Below are positions 25,723 to 37,900 of a stretch of 64,000 nt of DNA, in pieces (the first letter of the stretch is position 1; each line of letters starts with the position of its first letter). The DNA comes from Azolla caroliniana (lineage: Eukaryota; Plantae; Polypodiophyta), in the NCBI GenBank assembly GCA_043228905.1, contig JBHGNT010000075.1, positions 53,463-117,462 on the forward strand, in the 5' to 3' direction. The notes below the pieces were generated by a model. That model searched no databases. It had not been told where the DNA came from and saw nothing but the letters and a program-made list of their open reading frames with translations. The position numbers were made by a program, and so were the translations under genes.

Positions 25723-26077
25723 AGGTTGCAGAACGGACGGTACATGACTTAGTTTCGGAAAATATGGCATTAAAAGCTGTTCAGCGGGTCGTATTCTATA
25801 TTAAACCATTGAAGCAGCGCGTCGCGCTACAAGCAGACATTTCTAGAGAAATGGTCGAATATGGGTAAGAATCTTCGCAGATATTCCCATTACCCGTAAG
25901 CCCACAGAAGTGAGAATGGGAAAGGGAAAGGGAAACCCTTCAGGTTGGATGGCTCGTGTGGTGACGGGATAGATCTTATCCGAAACGGATGGTGTGAGTT
26001 TGTTAAATGTTTGAGAAGCTGCAACATTAGCAGCGCATAGACCACGTGTGTCAACCAAGTTTGTTCAATGGTCGTAA
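25670..26077 (+). CDS. rpl16: Ribosomal protein L16 (overlaps the rps3 3' end)
   Basis: MLY.KRTKF.K.QKG...FGKYGIKS...IEAARRA...[17 protein letters not shown]...KFVQWS*; 408 nt. Confidence 0.95.
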
Positions 26078-26373
26078 TTACAGTGTAAGGAGAAGAACTG
26101 CCCGCAGGAACGCTTCGCTTCGCGAAGGAAGTGGGCGCCCAGGCAGGAAAGCCTATTCCTCAAATAGTTCCCCTCATTAAGAATAAAACCATTGCCAATT
26201 GATCCAGAATTGATTCGACAGAATGAGATGTATGTTTGGCTTAAGGTATTGGTTTGCGAGTGAAATAGTTGAGACGAGCGAAGCGAGCCTGCCTTATTAG
26301 GTGCTTCAGTTCCGTCTCCTCTTGGTGGGCAGGGAATCCCATTGACTAGAGCCTACCATGAGTCTTTCACGCG

Positions 26374-26404
<31 letters not shown>

Positions 26405-28449
26405 TAGTGCGGTCCCAACCTCTCTTTCACTCTCTCATTACAAAAAGTAGTACAGTCCCGACCTTTCTTTCAGTAAAACAAATTTGCCAACTGCCTGCCG
26501 TAGTAAAATCAGTAAATATACTGCCATAATGCTGCTGATAAGCGTAAAACTTGCATCCATGAAGGTTCAGCCTCATAGCATTATCTATTCTATAAAGCAA
26601 TGCTTTAAAGCCGCCTTCTAATCCGCCGGCCGGCCCGGCCGGTTCATCCGGATGATGAAAACCGCTTCTTTTCTTTTCTTTTCTTCGGCCGGCTTCTTCC
26701 GCCTTTTTACAGGTGCCGGCGGGCTTCTTTTGATAACTCCTTATCAATCCTTTGACTTAAAGGCTTCTCATCATCATCAACCTTAGATACTGATTCGTCC
26801 AGAAAAGCACCCGCATCCAGCAGTTTACCCCACACATCTTTACCCCCATTCTCGCAATCGTCTTCATAATCTTCATCACTGACAATGCTGCCTGCTGCTT
26901 TCATCATCAGACTTCGAACAATCCTCTTTGCTGCTTTTCAAATGTGCATCCTGTATCGGGTCGATCTCCTCCTTAGTCTCACCATCTTTTTTTTGTTGTG
27001 TTTCATCAACCATCGCAGCGTCCAACCGATACTCTTTGCTTTTCTTTTTATCCGCTGTAGTGTTCCCGGTGCGTGCGCTCTCGGGCTGGCTCTTCGCGGC
27101 ATGCATTTAGACTCATCATCATCTTCGTTATTGTTTTTGCCAGCTTCCTGTACAGTCTCTGATTGCTTGCGGGACGCTGGGTTGTTCTGTGCTCATTTCT
27201 CGCTTCTGTTTTGGTGAATCTGATTGCGGGACGCGCTTTTTGTTGTTTTTCGTGCGTGTTCCATCATTTTGTTGTGTTTGGTTTCGTGTTTTTTTAGGCG
27301 GACGAGGGGGAAGAACCGCTCCGATAGAGAATAAGGCAAGGGTTGCTCGCCTAAAGCTTGGTTGCTCTAATTTTTCAACTGGATGCCAACCATAATATTT
27401 ATTCTCAATAAGATGGCATGAATGCCTGTAGTGCTTTTCACTAGTTCATTACTTTAAACTAGTACTTATTTGTTAGCCGGGGTGCATGCGGGAAGTGTTT
27501 CGTCTATTTACGGCGGGCCGGGCCGGGCCGGGCCGGGCCGGGCGGGTTCTTACTGCTTAATAAACGGTAACGATAATACACATCAACGGAATCAGTTAAG
27601 TAACCACCGCCGCTGTAACTAAGGTCTTACCATTCTTGGTCTCTTTTTCCGTCTCTACATGCCAAGGCACAGGCTTAACAACCATAGGCAGATTCAACTT
27701 AACAGGTATCAAGTTGAGATCATATCAAATGTTGGTAAGGTTGTATTTAATCGTGTTCTGTATCTAGAAACTTCTTCTAGTTCTGGTTTCGCAATTAATT
27801 TGGATCAGATTTTTCCGACCGACGTTTAGTCCCGGTCTAGCGAGTGTCTAAGGACCCACCCGTTTTCGAGCCGTTAGACCATCAGGCAACAGCCGGTCAT
27901 GATTGGATGGTCGGATAAGTTGCTTCGGTCGCCGAGTCTCAATTCCCCACACTTAGGACATTAACGGCTATCGGATTGGATGGGTATGCTTCGGAGGAAA
28001 TTTCCCCGGATTCTCGAATCCATTGCACAACTATTCATGAAGAGACCCGTGTATTCAATTCAGGGTTTGATTCACCTTTAGGTAGGTCCTGATGCAGTAA
28101 CCATAAGAATATGGTTCCTGAGAAGGTTGAAAGAGGGTTCATGCGCCCGCCTTTTAGTAATAGGATTCTACCCCAGCCAGCAGTTGGGAAGGGAAGGTAT
28201 CTCTCAACCGCCTAAGCCGCTTAAGTGTACGATTCTCTGTGCCTTTAGAGCACATCGCACGCAGGGGATTTACAGAAGCCAACGCCACTAATATGAGTTT
28301 TTTTTCATTCAAAAAGGGACTTACTTCAAGCGCCATATCCGAAACATACGAAACTTTGGAGATATGAGAAAGGCAGATGGAAGGGTCATAAAAAAAGGTT
28401 AAGTTATGTGTCGAGGTTTAGTCATACGTCATTAGAGAAGGTTATATGG

Positions 28450-29787
28450 GTGTCTAATAAGAATATATGAGATTAGAAACCGTGAAAGCCTGCGGCTAAA
28501 TATGAATTAAAATGAATGCCCTATAAAGCCATTCGTTAAGATAGAAATCTTTCTGGTCGGGTAGCGTGACCTGTTCACAGGTTAAGACGTTGAGTCGCGT
28601 CTGTGCACTCATTTTGCATTCATTCGCGCTCGGATGGCGGAGTTAGTGAACTGAGTTTCCATGAAGGTGAAAGTCCTTCTCCCTCGGGAACAGGGTAACA
28701 GCGTGCCCACGTGCTGGGAGAATGGCATCCAAAGGCATGAAGCTGGGCATGAAAGGGATTCAGAACCCGGCGAAAGTGGGGAACTTTGAATCTCAAGCAA
28801 GGGCGCGCGTGACGATATCTGCCCCTTCTTTGTTTTCGTTGGGAGACAGGGTGGGAATGAAACACTTTGGGTATTGTCTAGGTGAGTGCTGAGTGGCGGT
28901 ACTGCATCCCCGAAGGCTAAGCCTAAGTTGAACCGGACAGCAGGCAACCGCAATCCTAGCGTTTGAAGCGTCGAAACAGGAAAGCAGGATTGCTTCCTGC
29001 GTCCAAAATATGGGACAGAGGCCGAGGGAAAGGGGTTGTCTGTCCTTTCCCGTTCTTCGAGCGCGCCTCCGGCGTAGAGCGGAAGCCTTACGGCCTGGTT
29101 CTTTGAAATATGGAATCCCGGAACTGGAGAACCCCGCACACCTCTGAGGTCGCACTCAGAAGAGCCAACCGTACGGTGAACAGGGATAGGATGGGACAAT
29201 AAGCGAGGGCCCGGTAGTAATTAATTATCGGGACGTGCCAAAGTGTCCCCGCATCTAATTTTAAGGGAAAGGGAGCAGCCAATATGCTTCAACATTCGAA
29301 GATAAAGAGCGCAGATTGGCCAAAAGGAAAGTAAGCAACGTAAAATACCTTGCCCCTGAACTACGAGTAGCACTCGCTCTGTCATGGATAGACAATCTGA
29401 TCCGATTTGCTGAATATACATACCTCTGAAAGTAGAAGCAAAAGCGAAAGTGAGAGTGAAAGTGGAAGTATGGCCAGTTCCATGACCTTTCAGGACTCCT
29501 GCTACTGGGGATCGGATCGCCCTCATGGCCTAAAGGCGAACCGCGGAAGAAAAGAAGCGGGATTCGAACCCAATAGCTACTTTCGCTCGGGTCGATCTCG
29601 CCGCCATGACGCCACCAGAGTGATCCACATATCTATCAACAAGAAAGCCAGAGTACGTAATCGACGCTGATGCAAGGAAATTTTTGAATTAGTCACGAGA
29701 CGCGGGAAAATGGGGAAGATACGAGGTTTCAATCCTCTCTCATCAGATACGCTGATGGTCGGTTTTTCACTTGAGTCTAGGAGTTAT

Positions 29788-29820
<33 letters not shown>

Positions 29821-30352
29821 GCGTGAGGAAACAAACTGAGCAATGGCCCTAGCTAGCCGATAGGGCTAAAGCGACGACAAGGAAGTAGAACTCCAACCAC
29901 GGCGTAGGTGTTCTTTCCGCCGGCCGGCCGCCTGTGGACATCACAGATGGATCGCATCTACGTCGTCGTCCGGGAGGCATGAGCTGCCAATTTGCGGCAG
30001 TTGCTGGCTGCATGGGCATCGTCACGATCAAAAGAGGGCAGGGGAGCTCGTATTCCGGAACCCTCACCTGATGGGATGCGGGGAGCCGTATGACGGGAAA
30101 CTGTCACGAGCGGTTCTGAATTGGCGGTCAGGCAGGGAACTCCTAACCTGATTGGCCGACCAAAACCGAAATAAGACTCCGGAAAAGTCGTCGCCGTTGT
30201 TAAGAAATAGTTTATTTACATGAGTAAGAAACTGACGTATTTCCATCGGTCGCTTCCGTTTCGTATATTAGTTATTTTGTATGCTTCGTATAGTTTTCTG
30301 TGAATTAGCATTAAAAGGTTCTTTAATAGGCATAAACAAGTCGTGTTGGCAG
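28450..30352 (+). CDS. rps14: Ribosomal protein S14; exons 28450-28563 and 30167-30352; GTG at the start position, CAG stop created by editing
   Basis: (M)SNKNIRD...AKYELKRM.YKAI.QDRNL | ...RNS.FTRVRNR.I..GR...RIVF.ELA.KGSLIGINKSCW; spliced length 300 nt. Confidence 0.93.
28564..30166 (+). other. Group II intron after coding nt 114 of rps14 (rps14i114g2 position) with degenerate maturase remnants
   Basis: 5' GCGTG, domain V gagccgtatgacgggaaactgtcacgagcggttc, 3' gaccaaaac; RT-like traces FEPNSYFRSGRS..HDA, YVIDAD, LIRYADG. Confidence 0.85.
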
Positions 30353-30558
30353 TACGCTGGTCGGCTTCACAAGCAAGCTGCGGGTCTTTTTCAATCACTA
30401 ATTCTTATTTTGCCCAAAATCGTTGTCGTTGGTTCACATTTTATGGCATCGCAGAAATTGATTGTAAGGCTTTAGATTATTTCAAAGGGTGGCCTAAGGT
30501 CACCCCCCTTAAATGAGAGTCCCGCCTCTCTTCATTTAAGCGGGAAAAACGTTCTGCT

Positions 30559-30629
30559 GGCTGGGTAACATAATGGCAATGTATTGGACTGCAAATCCTG
30601 GAATGACGGTTCGACTCCGTCCCTAGCCT
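30559..30629 (+). tRNA. trnC: tRNA-Cys(GCA)
   Basis: ggctgggtaacataatgg...gactgcaaatc...ggttcgactcc...cctagcct. Confidence 0.93.
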
Positions 30630-30649
30630 ATTCTTCTTCCAAGCTCTTT

Positions 30650-31508
30650 TGCCATTTCCGAGTGAAAAGATTGCTGCTTTAAAGTGGAAAGAAAAGTGCA
30701 AAGCATCTTCTTGCCAGTGATTCATCAAGATTGCCGCCGGCTCGGTTTAAAGTGAAAAGAAAAGTGCTGCTTTGCTTTGCTTTGCTGGATTCGCAGATTA
30801 TGGCCAGAAGATGATATTGCCTTCTTGCATGATCCTTCTGAATTTTACCAACGGAATTTCGAAATTCCAGCATTCAATTCTTTCCGCAATCTGAGCCGCA
30901 TTAAAGATTATCGTATAATAATCCATGAATATTCAGGCCTTCTTGAAAGTTCAAAAGAAGAACTTTGGTAGCCATTTATATTACACTTTTTACCGCTTCT
31001 TCTTCTTCCGCAGTGCAGTTTTCTTGCGCTTCATGAAGAAAAGGTGCTGTTTGAAATTGTAGCTTGAATCTTATCGGAAAACTAACTCTAGGCCTTCTTG
31101 ATGAACAGCTATGGATAATACGGCGGAAGTTGCTTGCGGGGAAGAACCAAGGTGGTGGATGAACCCGCTGCTTCATCAGCGCGATGAAGACGATTAACGC
31201 TACTTATCGGCTACGGTAAAGTCAGACGGCCCGATGGGGGAGTTGGTAGCAGAAGCTAGACAATTGCGGCGCGGCCCAACAAGAAAAGAAAAGAAGCGGA
31301 TTGACGTGGCCGCAGTCATTCGACCTCCCCATGCTATCTGAGTGGATGCACCTCACCCTTCCACTGGCTATGCGGGGACTGGACCAATGTGATCTCGCCT
31401 TGACGTTGGCGGTCCGGCTTATGGAGAAGAGACCAACTGTGGTGTGGCCTTCTCCAACCAAGAGTCACACCAAAATGAAAATATTGCACTTGTGCCCGTT
31501 AGTTGACC
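30650..31508 (+). repeat. About 0.85 kb three-copy upstream segment (also in IR arm B at about 45348-46187 on the minus strand, and at 60336-61193)
   Basis: The same short ORFs occur three times; near identity from tgccatttccgagt to cccgttagttgacc. Confidence 0.93.
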
Positions 31509-31922
31509 GCGTTTCCAGCTAACGTTCCTTGTCATTGCGAACGACACCCTATTCATTCATTCATTCATTCGTTCGATCGGGGAATAAATCGCCCGCCCTT
31601 CATGCTGAATCCGCGTGTCTGCGTGTGGAAATCGCAGCGGCCTAATCGTTCGTACGGTTCTTCGAGGAAGAAATAAATCTATCCCTGCATCCCAACTACG
31701 AATAAGAATCAATCAGAGTTCTTTCGATTTTCTTTACGGAAACGCGGAAAGCCAGCCCATCGCCGCTTTGTTTGCGGTCGACGAGACAAAGCGAAGGCCT
31801 TCATTGCATTGCATTGCATTGCATTGCTGCGACTTGTTGAAGAACCAACCTTTAACTCCCATGCATATGGAGGAGAGAGAAAAAGGGAAAAAACCGAACA
31901 GACTTAGAAGTCGTTGAAAGGA

Positions 31923-34900
31923 ATATTTGAGCATGATTCTTTCGCGCTTCTTCTAGAGATCTTTCCTGTTAACGCAACTATTATTTTGCCCATTCATGGA
32001 GTTTTGTTTAGTACTTTCAAATAATATGATTATCTACTGCTAGTATGTAACGTGGGTTGGCTCGGTTTACCTAGTGTTATGTGCCTAGGAAGGCACGTTC
32101 TGGGATGCGGGGGTTGAAAGCCATCGCTCGGATGGACTCCCTAACTGGCAGGGATCGGACTGCTGCCAAAAACCATAGCATGGGGACTATCCGCTCGCCG
32201 CAGGGCTAGTCGTACGCAACAGGAGCAAGGTAACTCCCCCAGTTTGTAGAATGTTCCGGGAGGCACTTGAGTCCGAACGCTATTATTCATGTGCGACCAA
32301 CCCTCCGAGAGTAACTGTAATAAGCAGGTTCTGTGTACGCAGTACCAAACGGCGAGTCAACTACCAGACGCGCAACCTAGGGATCACCCGAATGGACTCT
32401 ATAAAGATTGACTTCAATATAAGTAGAGCATAGCCGCCCAATCCTTAAAGATCGAGGCTTTGCTGGCCCGTACGGGTGAAAGATCCTGTCGTAATGTACT
32501 CCGGAAATTACACCAGGCAACCCAAGTCGAGCATGCGACAATGCCCCCATGAAGAGCTCCGAGGAAAGGGAGGTAGATGATAGTGTGATATTCTGTAAAC
32601 GGACACGCAGAAGCGTCCCCGACAGGTGTACTACACCTAGCGAAAAAGAAAGAAATCGTACGTGGTGGGATAAGCGAATTAGGAGAATGCAGTTGACAGA
32701 CTGGGAAATTTCCCGACCGAATCTCATATGAGACAACTGGAGTAAGCTGCTTGCTGCTTTGGGGCTGGCTACTTCTACAGCCGAGGAACCGGCGGACGAT
32801 GGAACCTTAGCAAATGGAATGGGCGAAATGGAGATACCTACTCCTGTGAGTCATAGAGAATATACGCTCCGGAACTTGCTCTCCGACCTATACAGTGGTG
32901 GTAAGTAGGTCACTCTTGTAGTCAGACTAGCAAGTCGAGCCGCTCGCAAACAAAACTTCTCCAGCCAAGCCAAGCCAAGCCAAGCCAAGCCAAGCCAGGA
33001 TTGTCCTAAACGTAAGCCCTGGACACACAACAATAGACATTCTATACTTCCCCCAACAAGCAAGAAAGAAGTGGATAGCTACGCTTGACTCGCTGAGCAA
33101 GATGCATTGCGACTGGATTCCCCCCTGACGAGCCTCACTATAAGTCCTAGAGTAGTGCGGTATGGTAAAGCAACACGGCTAGCCTTCCAGAGACCCGAAC
33201 TCGCTGAAAGCCAAATGGAGCCAGCGGGACTTCCGTAGTCAAATAATCGTCCGGGAATCTTTGGTTCAAAATACGGACCTTCGGCCTTCTTTCGTAGAGT
33301 GAAGGGCGTGGGTGAAACTTTTGCTGAATGAAGGACACAAGCAAGGTCGGTTGGTAATTTTGAAGCGAACTCGCGTCTAGACATAGTAAATAGAACTTGA
33401 ATTCAGGCAACTAAGCCACGTACTCTGAACACATAAACCAGTGTTCGATTTGAAAGGTTCGCTTGTTCCCGTAAATCTCCAGCAGAAGTCATCACAAACG
33501 AGCCACATGCGGGGAAACTTGCACGTGTGGTTCTGACCAGAGAGGGAAGACCTACCCCATCGGTTTCTAATAACCATCGTACCGGTCGCCGCTGGCGCAC
33601 CCATAACGTTTGCTAATCTACCATATAATAATGGTATGAAAGACAATTCGACATATTTTCGCGAAATATTGCCACTATTAAGTACGGCTAGTACTATTGT
33701 TACGTGTTTGGATTATTTTAAACGGGAGAGGTTGAATGCTTCTGAATCCATTGTATTAACTTTACCTTCCACTCGCAGTATGCCTTTCATGGTCTTGGCC
33801 TGCGATTCAATTGCCATGTATTTAGCTATCGAGCCTTAAAGTTCATGTTTTCATGTGATCGCAGCCTTGAAGAGAGACTCTGAATTTTTCATGGAAGCCG
33901 GCCTAAAATATTCTATTTCAGGTGCATTCTCCTCCGGAATATTATTGTTTGGGTACGACTGGCCAACTACCGATATAGGCAGCGATGGCGACGAGCTATG
34001 CCTTAATTTCCGATGTGCGACATCTCACTGGTTGGGATAGAGATTCTCCTGGTCTCATTCCATGGCGGCGGAAAGAGTCCTCGGCGTAAAGTTAAGATTA
34101 GAAGAAGTAGAGCGAAAGAAATATACTTGGAGGAGGGTCCCGAGAGAGAGTGTAACCCAGCAAGGACAACGGGAGGGTGCGAAGAAGCCCAATACTTCAA
34201 CTAAAGGAGCGACCTTAGTTGGTTCACTAAACCCCAACCCAGCGCTACATGTTCTCCTGGGTCCCGCCGAGGATCCCTCAAGTGCCCTTGTCCCGACTTC
34301 TCCCGGGATAGGCGTTATCGAAGACAAGCCAGGAATGGCCGAAGTAAGTGGACACCCACCTTACCGGTTAGAGAGGCCCTCTTTAAGACATTCACCAAAA
34401 TGTTCACAGGGGCTAGGAACACTCGATCGTAGGAACTTCCGTACACCACTTACGGATCGCTCCGGGGTACGCAACAACCTTGACCAAATCTACCAAACGA
34501 ATCAGGCCTTCGGCCCCGATCACGTGCACTATCAGCTTTATCCAATACATGGTCTTGGATAAAGATTTGCTGTTTACTGCTTACGGAAACATCCGATGAT
34601 CACACCCCACCCCTGCCACGGGAAATTATTCAGAACTTCAATCTTCCGAGAAGAGAGAGAAAGATTCGTAAAACTTTTCAGTCAAACAAGATATTCGATC
34701 CACTTATATAGATATATCTATGTACATATGAATATGTACGTATTCTTTGCTCTCTATTTTGTAGAACCTTCGTTCTTCAAACCAACCTTGCGGCGGGCCG
34801 GGCCGGGCCGGGCCGGGCCGGGCCGGGCCGGCGGCGTTCTCCTATTAAATCATTCCCACGATACGGGCAATATGATACTGGCATTATCAATGTGTTAAGC

Positions 34901-37900
34901 GAGGAAAAACTGAAGATGGATTGGCTCTCAGCCAGCCAGCAGCAGAGTTACAGAGAGCGCCGCCCGCGCGCGGACCTTCTGATGGCCTACCTCGCCCCTA
35001 GACGAAAGGGCAACCATCTACACCTGAAATACTGTCGACAGTATTTGCTTGCGGCGGAACAACAAAAAAGAGTGCAGTCTCCCGCTTAACCGGAATTTGA
35101 TAAGGTTTCGCAAGACACTTCAACATATACCTGACGTTAGCAAGGGGGAACCAAGGTTTCTGCCTCGGTTCCCCCGGCAGGCAGGCATTCTCGGAACGCC
35201 CGCATGATGAAAACCGCGCCGATGAAGCCGCTTAATGAACGATGCCCGGATGAAGCGGTGGGTGCGCAGGACCAGTGGAAATCCATCGTGTCCGCAGCGA
35301 AGGCGCCGCAGAGCGACCCGATTATTAGATACTTATAGGTTATAAACCGTAAGCCTTCAGCCTTATGCAAATACCATCATGAACAAGTGGTCCTTAGAAC
35401 AAGGTGAGAATGGGGGGAGAGCTACTAGAGGCGTTCCTTCTGCCGGCCTTCCCTTCAGTTGAGTGGCTGAAGCCCCGCCCCTGGCTGGTAAGCGCTATGC
35501 GCCATTCCTTTAACGTAATGAACGTTGAGGGCGCGCGCGCCCCCGATGCGATGCCCGCAGTTTTATTTCCAAAATGAAGATCGAGGTGGAAGGCCTCATA
35601 ATGAGATAGGTTCAATAGTGTCCGTGCAAGCCGTATGCAGTGAAAGTCGCACGTACGGTTACGAGGGGGTTCGCGTCTATACGTGGAGTGTGGATGGGAG
35701 CCTATGTCGCCCTATTTGTTCTATGATCTATGGGTCTACTGGAATCACTAACTTTGAAGAATCAGCCAAGACTTTCACTGGATATGAAATCACTTTGCTC
35801 AGTGCTCAATCTAGTGGTATCTTTATGGGGATCCCATTCATTGCTGTAGGTTTCTTATCCAAGATTACTGCAGTTTCTTTTCGAGCGGCCGTAAGACGGC
35901 CTGTGGGTACCGGCAGATTGCGGCCAATCTCAGTACTATCGGGGCGCCTTATGTTATGCTGCTGGAGCGTGGAACCCATCACTACCTCGTAAGAGCGTGA
36001 GACTATAGCATGTTACAAAAGCGCGGTTGGGGGCTAGGAGGTGAAGGGCACCGCGCGAACTCTTCTATAGTGTCACACGAGAGAAGCCCGCCCGCCTGGC
36101 GAATCGAAGTTCCAGTCAACTGGCCACCTGGTTAACCTGTGCCACAAGCAAGCACAGTGGAAACGCGTTGGTGTGCTTCCTGCCTGTCGAGATTAAGCAG
36201 CGACAAGGTCTAGATTGGAGGAGCTGGAAACAGCTGCATGAAAGCCGATTACTCAACTCAACCCCTTGCTTGGCTTGGGGACAATTAACGAAACGATATC
36301 CCGAGACACCAAAACCATAGGCTGTATCGGCGAGATCCAACGGTGAGCTAGATCCCCGGCTGGAAGTCATAGGACCTTTAGTACCCACTGCCGCATTCCG
36401 TGCGTGCCACTTCGGCCTTTATGTTACAAGCCGGCAAGAAGAGCGGCTCGAAAACCTGCCTGAAGGCGGGGAAGTGGGGCACAGCAAACGCTCCTTCACC
36501 TCATTCCGTTCAGGAAAGGGATAACCAGGAGCGCGCCGCGCGGGTCTTTGACCCCGAACAAAGCCTTTGGCCTTTGCTCGCGGAGCGAACTAACAAATTT
36601 CATTCTTTCAAGGAAACCTGCCGGATGGTAGTACGCCATCTTCACCTGCGGCGGAGAAAACCAAAGAAAGCGCCTTGTTCTCTTCTCGGCCTGAGAAAGC
36701 ACTGGCAACAACGGAAAGGAAGGGGTCTATCTATCTAATACCTGCTTTTACTGAGCAGGTTTTATCCGTCCAAAATCCACTGCCGAATTAATTCCCGGTG
36801 ACCTTATCCGACAGCGTGTGGAATGGCTGAAAGCGGCGGCGGACTCTCGGGTATATCTAATCCAAGTGTTGTAGGGTTAGAGAGCCGTATGATGGGCGAC
36901 TATCACGTACGGTTCGGGGAGCACTGTAGTAGGTCATTCGGGAATTCTCTGAACTCTTCGCTAGGCAAACAGCGAGTGAACGACAGCTTTCTTTGCTGCA
37001 CGGCTCGGTTAATGATTTACTTTCGACCCTATATGTGTGGGCACCTGATGTATACGAGGGTTTACCTACTCTGGTTACAGCATTTTTTCCCATTGCACCT
37101 AAAATATCTATTCCTGCCAATATGTTATGTGTTTCTCCCTATAGTTTCCACGATCTAACATGGTAACAACTCTTCCTTTTCTGCAGCATCGCTTTCATGA
37201 TCCTAGGAGCACTGGCCGCTATGGCCTAAAAAGAAGTAAAAAGACTTTCAGCTTATAGCTCTATTGGACATGTAGGTTATCTTTCAATCGGTTTTTCACG
37301 TGGAATCACAGAAGGAATTTAATCACCACTAATTGGTATCTCTATTCATATATCAATGATCATTAATGTATTCGCTACAGTTTTAGCATTACGTTAAACC
37401 TGTGTCAAATATATAGCGGATTCAGGCGCTTTAGCCAAAACTAATCTTATTTCAGCTATTACTCCGTCCGTTACTATGTTTCTATACGCAGGAATACTCC
37501 CGTTAGCCGGCTTTCGTAGCAAATTCCATTTGTTCTTTGCCGCCCTGAGCTGTGGGGCTTATTTACTAGCTTTAATAGGGGTAGTTACTAGTGTCATCAG
37601 TCGTTGGGCGGCCGGAAGGGGTTGCCTAGAGTCAGTGTAAGAGACCTGCAGGCAGGCAGGGTCGTGCACCGGACGCGTAGCTTACCAAAACGTCGCAGGA
37701 CAGATGGAGAGAACGCATCTACGAAAGGGCAAGTGAGGGGGTGCCGCTAGGATCTCATGAACCTACCCAAGATCCTTGTATGAGTCCGCCGCTATCACTA
37801 CACGAGATGAACCTAAGTTGCCGTAAATCAAAGTATCCTTCAGTGTGATGAGACTCCCAGCCAGTTACAGCGCGCGATTGCTGAAGTGCCCCCTGCCGGT

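Larger units (their letters stand above)
18665..31476. repeat. Large inverted repeat, arm A (arm B 45361-58172)
   Basis: ORFs mirror with coordinate sum 76837; both boundaries checked base by base. Confidence 0.97.

Noticed and set aside
28609-29199. 196-aa ORF and its mirror at 47638-48228
   Set aside because: Antisense to the rps14 intron, with no recognisable motifs.
33255-33290. Inverted match (ccgtattttgaaccaaa) between nad2i156g2 and the second rps3 intron (about 23970)
   Set aside because: Only about 17-25 bp, too short to support a nested intron fragment.
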